A DNA stretch of 62,847 nucleotides, counting the filler, from Stramenopiles sp. TOSAG23-2 (lineage: Eukaryota): NCBI GenBank assembly GCA_900128395.1. It is 14 parts of 14 records of this genome, joined end to end, with 100 filler letters (N's around TTAATTAATTAA, not from the genome) between each part and the next. Parts side by side here need not be neighbours in the genome. Positions count along the whole stretch, not along the records: positions 10,081 to 15,019 come from LT650776.1; positions 15,120 to 20,056 come from LT650777.1; positions 20,157 to 25,092 come from LT650778.1; 11 more parts are not named here. One strand, written 5' to 3'. This document shows, piece after piece, positions 10,990 to 23,369 of the stretch. Position numbers and translations under genes: made by a program. The notes under the pieces were generated by a model that saw nothing but the letters and a program-made list of their open reading frames with translations, searched no databases and was not told where the DNA came from. Position 1 is the stretch's first letter, and the number at the start of each line of letters is the position of its first letter.

Positions 10990-12735
10990 ATGGCAAATAC
11001 AGTAGATATTAATGCACCATTGTTGCAACGGGAAGTTAGAAACGTACAGACTCCTCCCTCAGCTTTAGGCAGTGTAGGTCTTCCTTCAAATATGAACAAT
11101 GTTAGTTCTAAAACTTCACAAAACAAAAAGCCAAAAACAAATCGTAAGAAAAAAGTTAGTGGAAACGCTTCCAAAGCAAATGGCAATGGCGACGATAAAA
11201 AAGGTGGCGAAAAGAAGAAAGGAAATCCGCATTGTATAAAAGGACCATGGACTCCAGATGAAGATTCCAAAGTTATTTCGCTTGTGAAAGAATATGGACC
11301 AAAAAAATGGTCGGTCATTGCTTCTCATTTACCAGGACGTATTGGGAAGCAATGTCGTGAACGGTGGCATAACCATTTAAATCCCGAGATACGAAAAGGT
11401 CCTTGGACGGAGGAGGAAGACAAAATTATTTTGGAAGCACATGAAAGATTAGGTAACCGGTGGGCTGAAATTGCAAAGTTGTTGCCTGGACGGACCGACA
11501 ATGCTATTAAAAACCATTGGAATTCATCGATGAGGCGTAAAATTGAAAAGTTGAAGAATGGTGAAATCTCCTCTTATACAGCAGGTAAAATTAAAAAAAG
11601 TAAAGATAAATCGCAAAAACGAAAGAAAGCGTCAACATCGAAAAAAACTAGCGGCAATTCAAATGCCAGCTCTAGCCGCTCAAGCAAATCTTCAAAGAAA
11701 CAGAAGAAAGGACAATCAAAAGCAAAGCGGTCCTTAGCAAACCAACGTGTCGCACAGTCACCTGCATATTATGCTGATCCTAACTCGTGGGACAATGTTG
11801 GTATGCAATTCGCAGAAGCTGGTACACCGATTAGAGGCGGAGATGAGTTTGATTTCTCATTTAACTTTGATATGCCAAATGATCCAATTGATATGGATGC
11901 GCAGCAAGGCCTTTGGGATATGGGATCACCAATGATAAATACTACTCCAAACCGTGGTTTCAAATTTACACCAAATAAAGATTACAGGACACCGGGTAAC
12001 AATGGCAGTGCCGTCCATTACAGTAATGCGAATGCAAATAGTAATAATTCCAAAGGCAGAGGTAGTAGTAATCGCAAACGTAGACGTGCATTAATGAAAG
12101 GTAATCAAAAAGATGGTTTACCCCCAACCCCAGATTCTCAGGACAAGCTTTACCAACAATTTCTTGCTTTGTCTCCTATGCCAACGCCTGGTTCAACAAA
12201 AATGACAGATGATATGATGTCTCCTTTTGTTTCTCCACATGGTGGACGCATGGTGAATGCTCCAACACCTGGATCAGCCTATCTCAACAGAGCTGTTGGA
12301 AATACTGGTTTTGCGAACAATACACCAGTTACAAATGAAACAGATGTACCATCAAGACGCTTTAAAACTACACAACCCCCTATTTATGAAACCAAACGTG
12401 AGCAGGAACGAAGGAGGCAAAAGGAAATGGAAGCACGCGCTGCAAAAGAAATGGAAGAGAAAAATAAAGGCAAAGTTCCAAACTCATCTGCTTCATTATC
12501 AATTACAAATACTACAACTTCAAAATCATTACCAAAGAATTCTACGGCAATATATAATAAAAATAAAAGTGCTGGAACCCCAGTTCGATTAAAAACAGGG
12601 AATGGAAAGCTATATAACAACCAATCAATGTCCCCTATACACCATTCAACGCTAGTTACTAGTGGGGATATCTTGATGCCAGATGATATATACGATATGC
12701 TTCAATCTCCAAACAAAAACGCAATTTTAGGTTAA
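10990..12735 (+). CDS. MYB: c-Myb-like R2R3 Myb transcription factor
   Basis: Two canonical Myb repeats: KGPWTPDED...[26 protein letters not shown] and KGPWTEEED...[25 protein letters not shown]. The C-terminal tail is rich in S/T-P sites. Confidence 0.95.
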   Translation: MANTVDINAPLLQREVRNVQTPPSALGSVGLPSNMNNVSSKTSQNKKPKTNRKKKVSGNASKANGNGDDKKGGEKKKGNPHCIKGPWTPDEDSKVISLVKEYGPKKWSVIASHLPGRIGKQCRERWHNHLNPEIRKGPWTEEEDKIILEAHERLGNRWAEIAKLLPGRTDNAIKNHWNSSMRRKIEKLKNGEISSYTAGKIKKSKDKSQKRKKASTSKKTSGNSNASSSRSSKSSKKQKKGQSKAKRSLANQRVAQSPAYYADPNSWDNVGMQFAEAGTPIRGGDEFDFSFNFDMPNDPIDMDAQQGLWDMGSPMINTTPNRGFKFTPNKDYRTPGNNGSAVHYSNANANSNNSKGRGSSNRKRRRALMKGNQKDGLPPTPDSQDKLYQQFLALSPMPTPGSTKMTDDMMSPFVSPHGGRMVNAPTPGSAYLNRAVGNTGFANNTPVTNETDVPSRRFKTTQPPIYETKREQERRRQKEMEARAAKEMEEKNKGKVPNSSASLSITNTTTSKSLPKNSTAIYNKNKSAGTPVRLKTGNGKLYNNQSMSPIHHSTLVTSGDILMPDDIYDMLQSPNKNAILG

Positions 12736-13229
12736 AGCGTATGTATTTTAAATACATTTTAGTATGATTGAATATATATTGTGAATACGTATATATATAT
12801 AGTATATATATATATTATGTAATCGTCGATATAGTAATAGTAAAAGAAAATCAATAGGAATAGTATATATAATATAATATATAATGTATATGATGTTAGA
12901 AGAAAAAAAACAAAAACATTATTTAATTTTTTGAAATGTTGAATAAGTACAAGTTGCCTTATCGGTAACGAATGTTTGCAACTAATGGAACTTATTTAGA
13001 GAGAAAGAGAGAGAGAGAGAAAAGATCTCAAAGAAAAAAGGAAAAAGAACACGCACAAATATTAAAAAATCAAAAAATTTAAAAACAGAACAAAAACTTT
13101 AAATAAAAATTTTATTACGTTTCGTAATATATACATTACGAAATTATTTTTTTAAAAAAATATATTTATATACGAAGTATATCATATCAACAGCAGTATA
13201 AAAAAACATCTCTCGGTCGTGTTAAAATT

Positions 13230-13275
13230 ATGATATGATACATATCATATGATATGATATGATATGCATATGATA
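13230..13275. repeat. Imperfect (GATAT)n microsatellite
   Basis: TATGATATGATACATATCATATGATATGATATGATATGCATATGA, between two convergent genes. Confidence 0.8.
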
Positions 13276-13335
13276 CGAATCTTAATATCATATTTACAAT
13301 ATTTTTTAAAAATGTGTGTACATCAGTAATATTAG

Positions 13336-13762
13336 TAGAGGAAAACATTTTTCTCAAAACATTGGTGCGCAACATGTAGCTTTGTATAATACCCCTCTCT
13401 TTCTTTAAAAGTATACGTACGAACGTAAAATACACACACACACACACATCTCTCCCCCCTTCTTACCATGTCTTAGTTGGTAACCACTTCAGATCCTAAT
13501 ACATACATGACATACATGTAAGTAAATGTTGCCATACCAAAATTGCAATAGAGGAAAACATTTTTCTCAAAACATTGGTGCGCAACATGTAGCTTTGTAT
13601 AATACCCCTCTCTTTCTTTAAAAGTATACGTACGAACGTAAAATACACACACACACACACATCTCTCCCCCCTTCTTACCATGTCTTAGTTGGTAACCAC
13701 TTCAGATCCTAATACATACATGACATACATGTAAGTAAATGTTGCCATACCAAAATTGCAAT
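13336..13762. repeat. Exact 213-bp tandem duplication covering the 3' end of the cytidylyltransferase gene
   Basis: Identical units start at 13336 and 13549. This explains the spurious 69-aa ORF 13473..13682. Confidence 0.92.
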
Positions 13763-14951
13763 CAAATCTATCAGTCATTCCACCATGTCCAGGAAATAAA
13801 TCACCAAAATCTTTCACTCCAACTGCACGTTTTACAGCACTACCTAGAAATCCATAAAATGGAGCAACTAGTGATGCAACAATCGCTAATACAATTGCAT
13901 GTGACTGAATTGGTGACCATGTTACATTATTACAAACCATTCCATTTAAACCTGGAAAAAACGATAATAAATTAGACAATGTTGGATATGTATCGTTACA
14001 TATAGGTGCTGGTTTGTAAATATCTAGTAAATCACATTTTGGTATAGTAAAAGAAAACGATGTGCCAATAATACCATGAGGCTTACACGTCATAATTGGT
14101 TGAAGAAATGGCTCTGATATGATTCCGGTTTGATACAACGGATCATATTTTGGATCTGTTAAAAACCTTGAAAATAAAATAGCATCGATCAACGTAGCCC
14201 CAAAAGCACCAATAAAACCTTCCCATGTTTTGTTTGGAGATAAACCGATTAATGGTGTCTTCCCATATTTTTTGCCACATATATATGCAAAACAATCATT
14301 GCAAACGACTAAATTTAGCGAAAGCAAAGCAAACATCAACCCACCTCTATATTGCGCTTGTATTAAACAACATCCTTGCCAAACGCAACCTAAAAGTGCC
14401 ATTTGTGAATAACCAAATTGTTGTAATTGATATTTATAATTTTCACGTTTTTGCAAACTAAATACTAAAAATATTAAACCAACCACATATAAAATGTAAA
14501 TAACAAATTCAAATGCAGGCAAGCTATTATCGACCCCAGTTATATCGCTATACCCGGAACGATGCCATTGATCTTTAAATATTGATCCCCATCCCCATAG
14601 AAATGCAACAAATGCCCAATAGATGTAAAAATATTTAAATGTCTGTAATTTCTTCTCAATTTTTTCATCGTAGCCTAGTAATATAAGTTCTTTGTAACAA
14701 ATAATTTGTATAACAAAGACTGTAATGTTGTTACCAACGTGTTGCGTGAAAAAGAACATTGATAATGCATAAATAGTCATCAACCACGATACTATAATAC
14801 GTGTAGCACTCATCTTTCTTGATTTTGTTTTAGTTGGTGTCGTTGCAATGGAGTCATTTTTCTCTTCTGGTCTTTTGCTATTTTTTCTTCTATTATTATT
14901 TTTTGGTGTTTTTGCCCTTGATGGACTTTTATGATTCCTTGTTCTTACCAT
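13686..14951 (-). CDS. CDS1: Phosphatidate cytidylyltransferase (CDP-diacylglycerol synthase)
   Basis: Multi-TM protein with signature motifs NDCFAYICG, LSPNKTWEGFIG and SAVKRAVGVKDFGDLFPGHGGMTDRFDC. Confidence 0.95.
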   Translation of the reverse strand: MVRTRNHKSPSRAKTPKNNNRRKNSKRPEEKNDSIATTPTKTKSRKMSATRIIVSWLMTIYALSMFFFTQHVGNNITVFVIQIICYKELILLGYDEKIEKKLQTFKYFYIYWAFVAFLWGWGSIFKDQWHRSGYSDITGVDNSLPAFEFVIYILYVVGLIFLVFSLQKRENYKYQLQQFGYSQMALLGCVWQGCCLIQAQYRGGLMFALLSLNLVVCNDCFAYICGKKYGKTPLIGLSPNKTWEGFIGAFGATLIDAILFSRFLTDPKYDPLYQTGIISEPFLQPIMTCKPHGIIGTSFSFTIPKCDLLDIYKPAPICNDTYPTLSNLLSFFPGLNGMVCNNVTWSPIQSHAIVLAIVASLVAPFYGFLGSAVKRAVGVKDFGDLFPGHGGMTDRFDCNFGMATFTYMYVMYVLGSEVVTN

Positions 14952-15119
14952 TTTAAAAAAGTTATTTTCTCCCTCTAATGAAATTATTATGAAAATTGCT
15001 TAAGCCTGCTTTATATTTTNNNNNNNNNNNNNNNNNNNNNNNNNNNNNNNNNNNNNNNNNNNNTTAATTAATTAANNNNNNNNNNNNNNNNNNNNNNNNN
15101 NNNNNNNNNNNNNNNNNNN

Positions 15120-15204
15120 TGATATGATATGATATGATATGATATGATATGATATGATATGATATGTATGATATTAGACACATTGCTTTTCTTTTATTCC
15201 TCCC
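15120..15204. repeat. (GATAT)n array plus 39 unique bp; inverted copy at 17288-17372
   Basis: The 85 bp at the contig start are the perfect reverse complement of 17288-17372. Confidence 0.92.
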
Positions 15205-16257
15205 TCTAAAATTTAATGAATTGTATTATGACATTCATTTATTTTTTATATTTTTTTATTTAATATATATATAAAAATATGATATTATTATAAATATTTA
15301 AAATATATTTGCATATATTTCAATTTTTATAACCAAGCCATTTAAACTTCAGTAATTTCCAAAAGTGCACAATCATATACTTTTCCTCGGCATATGCTTT
15401 TATAAAAATATAAATAGGACAGTGAATTGATAGATATAAGTATACATAGATGTGGTCAAACTTACCATTATTAATTTAGTTTTGATGTATTTTATTATTT
15501 TAAAAAAAAAAATAAAAACATGTTGAAAAGGAATCGAACCTTCAAAGTAAAAGAGTTCCCAACATATATAGAGAGGAATATTTTATTAAATATATATATT
15601 TATCCGAATACTAGCATTTGAACCTTTCGCTTCCTTTACTTTCTTACGGTTTGTCTCTATGTATATACGTATATAACTATTGCTCCATCGTATGTACGCA
15701 ATGGCATCAACTATTATATGGGAGGGGATTGATCATTTTACTTTTGTCCACAACAACATTAGAGGAGTGTTCGTCTTATCGCTGCAGTGCAGTGCAATTG
15801 CCAAACTTGTGAAAGACGCGCAAGCGCAATCGTATCACCTCCAATAAGAAATTCGCATGAAATTTACGACATCCGTGGATGCCGATCAATCTTTCATGAT
15901 TGATAGAACAGATACTACACTAGATCTAAGCTATATAAGCCGAGAACTGTTAAAAAAAAAAAAATCTAAGTGTATATGCAGGTCTTCAATGAACAATATT
16001 TATTTATTTTTTTACATAGTATATATATATATTTGGATGATTTGAACCACTTTTTTTTAAGTATAATTAATAGTAGAATTATTTAAAATATCTATCTATT
16101 TAATTTAAATTACTATCAACACAGGATTGATTTTGCACAAAAAATATTGACATCGGAAATGGCTGGTCAGGAATTGTCGTGATGGTATTAATATGGTTAT
16201 AGTAAATATTGATCAGCGGCGGCATCCAAAATCAATCATTCCTGTTGTGCATTCTGC

Positions 16258-16324
16258 CATTCCAGGCATTCCAGGCATTCCTGGCATTCCTGGCATTCCA
16301 GCATTCCTGACATTCCAGCATTCC
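16258..16324. repeat. 8-9-bp tandem repeat (CATTCC[A/T]GG)n
   Basis: About 7 copies of CATTCCAGG/CATTCCTGG/CATTCCAG upstream of the ORF at 16598. Confidence 0.85.
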
Positions 16325-16597
16325 TTAAATTTTATGTGTGCCTTCTGGCCGCCTTGTGTTCGCACGTTCTTCGTCCCTTTTTTATTAATCCTCTTATTTA
16401 TTATTGCACTATTAAAATTCAAATAATAATAATAATTAATATAATTAAATAAATTTTACTTTATAAATTATTAATAATAGCAATAAAATTATTATTAGTT
16501 GTTTTAAAATAACATTTTATCATAACAAAATTAAAATACAAATATTTTCAACACCAACCCTTTCGTTCGCTCGCAAACATAAACATACATCAAAAAC

Positions 16598-17290
16598 ATG
16601 AAAAAGAATGCAGTAAGGAGTAACAATAAGAATCGAAATACGTGGGCAAATAAAGAGAAATCTTCCTCACCAACAAGGAACTCTGATGGTACTGTTGATG
16701 TATCAAAACAAAATTATATAAACCCTATTATTCCCCAGCAATTGCGTGAAGGTGCAATCCTTCGTGCGGCGCGCTCCTCCTTTGCTTTGGGTATCGATGA
16801 AGCAAAAAATAATGTCAATTTCATAAACGAAGAGGTTTTAGAACAACATATTATGTCTGAGAAAGTGCAACAAAAAATTCAAGTTGCTTGCAACTTTTTA
16901 CGTTGTTTAAAAGTTTTTAATTATCATCTTTTTTACCCATTTAGTACGCCAATCGTATATTTCATTGAAGGAAAATCAACGGCGGATTTGTTTAAATTTT
17001 GGCCTTGCCATTGTAACAGTATTTCACCGTTGTCTATAGGGAACGCAATACATGTAAGTGTTACGATAATGTCCTTATTATATTTGATCATGATATTTGC
17101 AGATAGTGATCCCTGTTCGTATCTTTTGAATTTAACTATCGGTATTTCACTATCCCTTCATTTTACACGTTTGTTTATGATTGCTCTTAAATATGCACTG
17201 ATACCAAAACATGAATACGAAATGCTAGTCACGTTTGATAATTCAATTACAAAAAATATGTGGGCTGGTTGGCATCTTACATTTTGGGGG
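16598..17290 (+). CDS. Hypothetical membrane protein, 3'-truncated at an inverted junction
   Basis: Normal coding-like sequence with two hydrophobic segments up to ...GWHLTFWG. The frame then runs into the inverted repeat and (CATAT)n array, giving the ISYHI repeats in the ORF track. Confidence 0.6.
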
Positions 17291-17394
17291 AGGAATAAAA
17301 GAAAAGCAATGTGTCTAATATCATACATATCATATCATATCATATCATATCATATCATATCATATCATATCATATCATATCATTTCATATCATA
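17288..17394. repeat. Inverted copy of 15120-15204 including a (CATAT)n array
   Basis: GGGAGGAATAAAAGAAAAGCAATGTGTCTAATATCATAC(ATATC)n, just downstream of the SMC6 stop. Confidence 0.92.
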
Positions 17395-17412
17395 CCGAAC
17401 CTTCTTTCCTTT

Positions 17413-20056
17413 TTACACTGGAAGATTATCTTTCTTATCCATTTTATATATTGTGATATAATCTCTTTTTTTTCTTTCGCCTAACGATTCCAAACTATGA
17501 GGAGTAACAAAAATAAATTGTCGATCTTCGTTTTTTTCGGCCATATTCACTAGCTGTTCCAATGAAATCGAGCGTCGTTTTTCATCCATACACACATCAA
17601 ATTCATCCATAACGGTAAAAGGACAATCAACACAAAATAATAACGAAAGCAACAATACCAACGTAGTAGTAGAACGTTCACCACCAGATAATTGTTTCGT
17701 ATTTTTTACCGCTGCATTGTTTTTCTCTGCATCTAAATTGACTTCAACATCTAATGATTTATTTGTATGCGACCAATTCACATGCCCAGCTTGTTTATTT
17801 TCACTTAATAAAGTGTTAAACATGACCCCAGTCATTTTTGATACGTAAGAACGCATGCCTTTGAAACGCTTCTTTCGATCTTTCCTCATTTGCTTCAAAT
17901 CATTATATGTCCTTGTAATGTAACTCACCATTAAATTATGTTCTTCCAAGTTTTTCAATGCAGTTGCATATTGTTTTTTTACTAAAGTATGATCTGGAAG
18001 ATTTAAAGATTTTTTTTCCGTTTCTTGTTTCTCACGCAATGAATCAATTTTATGTTGTATCGACTCCTTTGTTTCATTTTCTTCTAATATAATCCTTGCC
18101 CCCATAGCATTTTCTGTTTGTTGAATTTGCAAATTGACTTTCTTTTGTACTTTTTCGCGATCTTTTTTTATTTTCTCAAGCTTGTGTTTCGCCGCGTCAT
18201 ATGACCCTTTACATTTAGCAATTTTATGTTTTAACTTTTTGTATTGTTCTTTCATTTCATACAGTTTGTCTGTCTTTGACGATTGCTCTGTTTCCATATG
18301 ATCGATTTCTTCAGTTAATGCCTCGATTGTCTCTTGGACGGGTCCGATTTTTGCTTTTTCTACTTGTATTTCTGCCATTTTCTTATCGATCGTTACAGTA
18401 TTTTCTTGAATTAAGCTATGGTTAACTTCAATATTATTTTGCACGTCCTCCATCTGTTGCTTCAAACGTTTAACTTCCTCGTTATCTTCTTGATCATTAT
18501 CACCATTTTGTTCCAATTCTTGCTCAAGTTGCCCAAGTTCATTTTCTTTACTGCGTTTTTTCTGACGGCTTGTATCATATCGTTTTTGCAATTTCGAGAA
18601 GTAATCGATCGCCTTACGCAATTCACGTTTTTTCCCATCAGATTCTTGTTTTGCTTGGTCTTTTTTCCCTCTCATCTCTGTTAAAATTTGCTTGCTCCTT
18701 GCTAAATCTTGCGTCGCTCCCCCTATTGCATTTTTCAATGAGTCCGCTTGCGATACATTTGCTGGTTTTAAAAACGTTACCCTAGTTGGAGCATTCCAGC
18801 GAGGAAAATTGGCAACATTGCCACGGCCTCTAGCAGATCTAGCACCACGTTTTGCATCGATAGAAATCGCTTCATTTACAGGTCTTGGTGGGTTTCCCAT
18901 GATTGTATCCATTTCTCCTCTGCTATTGCAAATAACTTTTTTCTCGACCTGAGTATTAAATAGAATGAAATTATGAACCCAATTTCCTTGCATGCTATTT
19001 GGAAACTCAAGAACATCGTATATCGTCGTTAAATTATTAGGCGCTCGTTCACTTTGCGATAAATGTTTGCGATTACCATTATTACATCGATGAGTCAATT
19101 TATTGACCGTGACGCTTCTAATGTTGTTCTGTTGTATCATTCTGAAAAGTGTCTTACGATCTCGAGCAGTAGATACCAAAGCGCTTGCCATAGCTTGGCC
19201 TATCATTGCTTCTGCGGCAAGTGCGAGATTTTCTTGACCTACTTTTAAATTTACAAATTCGCCGACTGGTACTATCGGCTTCACATCAAAAAGATTCACA
19301 TTTTGTTCAACAACTCTGCGTAAGGTTTGTATTCCAGATGAATACATGGCTAATGGATTGTTTCGTGATTGATTGCTACTTTCTTCTCGTTTCAACCTTT
19401 GCAATTGTTGCTGACATGATTTAACGTTTTCACTAGCATTCCTAAAATTAATTTCTTCATTCCGATATGCATTTTCAGCATTTGCAGAGCTTTGTTCCAG
19501 TGAATTTCTATGATCTTCAGTCTTCGGAAGATTCCGTTTGTCCTTTTCAATCAAATCATACAATTCACGCAGTTCTTGCCTTAATTTTGCGACACGACGC
19601 TGGGATTCATTATCTTGCTGTAAACGCGCACGATCAATTGCCGTTACTAAATCTTTCTTCTTCTTTTCAAAACCAATTTGCTGACGCTTGTAATTATCAA
19701 TCTTCTTAGCCGCTTCTTTTATTTCCCTCTCTTTCGTTTTAATAGGCTTTTTGATTTTCCTCAATTCAAGGTTGACTTTATCTAATTCATGATGCTTGGC
19801 AGTTTTACGTTCTTGATAAGTCAATTCTAAATTTGTTTCTGCTTCAAGTTCTTGTGACATTTTATTCAAGTTTGCTTGCTCAATATTAACTTTTTCTAAC
19901 TTTTGATCGACATTAGGTTGCATCTCACTTATCATCTTATTTCGCCTACCAAGACGCGCTTCCTCCTCAGCTACATTTGCCCATGCCAAACGTATTTTCT
20001 CTTTTTCAATATCATCATCAATAGTTAATAAATTATTAATTTGATCCAACTTTTCT
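17413..20056 (-). CDS. SMC6: Structural maintenance of chromosomes protein 6 (5'-partial)
   Basis: Long coiled coils flank a hinge. C-terminal ABC signature LSGGERS and Walker B VMDEFDVCMD are of SMC6 type, followed by QFIFVTP. Walker A is missing because the contig ends. Confidence 0.9.
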
Positions 20057-20156
20057 NNNNNNNNNNNNNNNNNNNNNNNNNNNNNNNNNNNNNNNNNNNN
20101 TTAATTAATTAANNNNNNNNNNNNNNNNNNNNNNNNNNNNNNNNNNNNNNNNNNNN

Positions 20157-22910
20157 ACAAAATTATTACGACGTAGTTATACAAATCAAATGAAAATTCG
20201 TAATAAAACAACAGCTATTGCTACTGCAAGTAATTATAATAAAGAATATCATTGGAACCATTTAAATTATATTGCTAAATCGTTGTATAGCACAGAAAAC
20301 TCAACAGAGAATGTAAAAAATAAAGATGATAATAATGACATATTGTTAACTAATGCACCTATAAATAATAACATGATAAATACTAGTAGCACCAATAATA
20401 ATGATATTTCAGAAAAAAAGAAAAAGAAAAAGAAAAAGAAGAAACGTAAAAAAGCAAATTTACCACCAGAAGATCCATCTTTACTTGAGCAAGGAACGGC
20501 AGCATTGCGACAAACGCCTACATTTATTCTTCGTGGTGGTATGATGACAGTTATGTATACAAAAGATAGGATTTTCAAACCATCTTTATTACGCGATGAT
20601 TGGATTTATGTAAAAACGGGGGTAATGGAATTTTTACACCATCATTGGACTGGATTGAAATTATTATGGTTGGACGTAAAAACTGCAACGTCTATTCTAA
20701 GTCGCGTTGTAAGAGGCCATTCATTGACTCGACGGGAGCGTAAATTATTGCTACGGACAACATCAGATATTTTTCGTTTAATTCCATTTTCATTTTTTGT
20801 TATTATACCTGCAATGGAATTTTTATTACCTGTATTTATTAAAATTTTTCCAAACATGTTACCAAGTACGTTTCAAGATAAATTGAAAAAAGAGGAAGAC
20901 ATGAAAAAGTTATTAAGAGCAAGATTAAATTTAGCAACATTTATACAAGATACCGTTGAAGAATTGGCATCGGATATTAAAAATAAGGAAGGCAAACCAA
21001 GTGATGGAGAAAAAGATGATTTGCAATTGTCTGCTAGTAAATTGCTTGAAATGATTGAGTCAATCCAAGAAGGTGAAAAAGTCGATTCAAAGCAATTGAT
21101 GGAATTAACGCATATTTTTAAAGATAGCATTACATTGGACCGCCTACCACGTGCACAGCTTGTTGCTATGTGCCGTTTCATGAGTTTGCGGACGTTCGGC
21201 GCAGATTCGTTTTTGCGTTATCAACTTCGTAGTAAATTAGGCCAATTGCAAAGGGATGATCAACAAATCTTGTGGGAAGGCATAGATTCCCTGAACTTGC
21301 GAGAGTTAAAAGAAGCATGTCAAGAGCGTGGTATGCGTGCCACTGGTATGCTTAAAGCTGATTATAGAAGGCAATTGCAAGGTTGGTTGGACCTTTCTGT
21401 AAAGCGATCTGTCCCAACATCATTATTAATCTTATCTCGCTCATTATTAATTACAACCGAGGAAGCTACAGATATCGCAGAGGAAGGTGTTGCTGTCGAA
21501 GCATTGAAAGAATCGATCTCTGCGTTGGATGAGGAAGTTATCACACAAGCTGTCTTGGAAGCAGCTGCTGTTGGTGAAGATGAGGAAGATGATTTGAAAG
21601 AAAAGACTGTATTGCGGGAATTAAAGATTGAAGAATTAAAATTGGAGACAGAATTAGTGGAGGATGAGCGTGAAGAATTGGAGGATGCCATTGAAGATTT
21701 AGAAGAGTTACAAGAGGAAGCAGCTGAAGCAGAAAAGCTGTTAACTGCTGAACAAGCAGAAAAAGAACTTCAATTGGAAATGGAAGACTATGCAAAACCC
21801 TTATTGAATACTGATGGTGGTGCAAAAGTTGATACGATACCAAAAGATGGTGAAATTTTTATTGACGATAGGGATATTATTCATGTCAATGATGGTGGTG
21901 CAACAAGAGCTTCATCTGATGATAAGGTGACAAAGAAGAAGAAGAAGAAGAAGCAACATGCCATTGTTACTAAACATGATGATGATGATAAGGACGAGAA
22001 AGATAAAGAAATATATGATGGTGAAGTAAAGGATAGCAAAGATAAAGAAGAAGAAGAAGAAAAGAAAGTTTTAGATACTGTGTTGACGAAAGAAGAAATT
22101 AAAGCGATCGAAACCCTAACAGATAAGAAAGGATCAGCAGTTGCAGAAGAAAGAGAGATATTAGACGAATTGAAAGCAAAAGTTAAAGAAGCTGAAATTT
22201 CACATATATTAGAAGAAGAACGCGAGCAAGCTGAGAAAGTCTGGATAGATGAAGATGAATTTGTTGATGACGACGAAATTGACGAGGAAGCAGACGAAGT
22301 TGAAGTAGATGACGAAGAAAAAAAGGAAGCAGCAACAACAACGAAAATGAAGGAGAAAATCTTAGATTTGGTACAAGATAAAACAACACCAAAAGAAAAA
22401 ATGAAGGAAGAGTTGGATATTGACAAAGAAAAATATGATACAGAGTATGTTGATGAAGACATCGATGAAGAGGAGGAAGAGGATGATGGAGAAGAAGAAG
22501 AAGAAAGTATGATAGATAGTTTAACAACAAAAAAGAAGAAGAAAGAGGATTTGAAACGTCGTAAGAAATTGCAAACCATGGTAGAACAACTTGAAACTCA
22601 AATTGAAAAAGTCGATGAGACGGTTGGTGATAAGTTTAATGTTATTCATGTGTTAGATTTAGGTAGTTTAGGTGAATTTATTCCAACTGAAGAGTTAAAA
22701 GTTGCAATCATTGAAGTCTTAAATACGCATAATGACGAGGAAGAAGCAGATGCTATTATTGAAAAATTAGATTTAAATAAAGATGGTTTCGTCGATGTGA
22801 ATGACTTAAGACGTTTGCAAACAATGGAAGCTACTGAAATGGAAGCGTTCATTGAATCCTTTACCAAAGATAAAGATGATGAGGATACAAAGAAGACGAC
22901 ATCTGAGTAA
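20157..22910 (+). CDS. LETM1: LETM1/Mdm38 mitochondrial inner-membrane protein with C-terminal EF-hand (5'-partial)
   Basis: HHWTGLKLLWLD...LTRRERKLLLRTTSDIFRLIPFSFFVIIPAMEFLLPVFIKIFPNMLPSTF, ACQERGMR and EF-hand DLNKDGFVDVNDL. The frame is open from the contig edge (20157) through the ATG at 20190. Confidence 0.95.
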   Translation, partial: TKLLRRSYTNQMKIRNKTTAIATASNYNKEYHWNHLNYIAKSLYSTENSTENVKNKDDNNDILLTNAPINNNMINTSSTNNNDISEKKKKKKKKKKRKKANLPPEDPSLLEQGTAALRQTPTFILRGGMMTVMYTKDRIFKPSLLRDDWIYVKTGVMEFLHHHWTGLKLLWLDVKTATSILSRVVRGHSLTRRERKLLLRTTSDIFRLIPFSFFVIIPAMEFLLPVFIKIFPNMLPSTFQDKLKKEEDMKKLLRARLNLATFIQDTVEELASDIKNKEGKPSDGEKDDLQLSASKLLEMIESIQEGEKVDSKQLMELTHIFKDSITLDRLPRAQLVAMCRFMSLRTFGADSFLRYQLRSKLGQLQRDDQQILWEGIDSLNLRELKEACQERGMRATGMLKADYRRQLQGWLDLSVKRSVPTSLLILSRSLLITTEEATDIAEEGVAVEALKESISALDEEVITQAVLEAAAVGEDEEDDLKEKTVLRELKIEELKLETELVEDEREELEDAIEDLEELQEEAAEAEKLLTAEQAEKELQLEMEDYAKPLLNTDGGAKVDTIPKDGEIFIDDRDIIHVNDGGATRASSDDKVTKKKKKKKQHAIVTKHDDDDKDEKDKEIYDGEVKDSKDKEEEEEKKVLDTVLTKEEIKAIETLTDKKGSAVAEEREILDELKAKVKEAEISHILEEEREQAEKVWIDEDEFVDDDEIDEEADEVEVDDEEKKEAATTTKMKEKILDLVQDKTTPKEKMKEELDIDKEKYDTEYVDEDIDEEEEEDDGEEEEESMIDSLTTKKKKKEDLKRRKKLQTMVEQLETQIEKVDETVGDKFNVIHVLDLGSLGEFIPTEELKVAIIEVLNTHNDEEEADAIIEKLDLNKDGFVDVNDLRRLQTMEATEMEAFIESFTKDKDDEDTKKTTSE

Positions 22911-23369
22911 ATATTATATTTTATTTTTTTAAAATTATTAGTATACTATCAGTTTTACTGTAAATCGTCTCTATCAAATAAAATAGCCAATGCTACTTCG
23001 ATGCTTCGATGGAGTACAGTAAAATCGATGAGCGTATGTGTGTGTCTCGTTTTCTGTGTGCCTGTGTTGGCTATCCAGCTATAAGAGTGTGCCGCGAAGA
23101 AGAAGGGCAAGATCTAGTAGATCCAACTACTAAATATAAAACTAAAACAGATGATTAGTAATATATATAAGATTTAAGATGATTTGTTATTATTTGTAGA
23201 TATCATTATATATTACTCTTTCTAAGATAAACATACCTACTGTATATATATATATTATACATATATATTACAGTTATAACCATACTTAAATTATAGGGAT
23301 ATTGAAAGAGAAGAGAAAGCTGATATATATATATATACATATATATAAATTTATTTAAGTAAGAATATC

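Noticed and set aside
13473..13682. 69-aa ORF sharing the C-terminus of the cytidylyltransferase
   Set aside because: It is a product of the exact 213-bp tandem duplication plus 3' UTR.
15521..15565. tRNA-like T-arm/B-box (minus strand GAAGG-TTCGATT-CCTTT followed by TCAACA)
   Set aside because: No D-arm, anticodon arm or properly spaced acceptor strand can be built. At most an isolated B-box-like hairpin.
15690..15910. GC-richer island that might be an ncRNA or small gene (48-aa ORF from 15701)
   Set aside because: I could not recognise any snRNA, SRP or RNase P/MRP motif or any protein motif. It needs cmscan/BLAST before any call.
16213..16422. ORF with MPG repeats (and the opposite-strand IPG-repeat ORF)
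   Set aside because: Arises from the 9-bp tandem repeat. The flanks are AT-rich and non-coding-like and the start is non-ATG.
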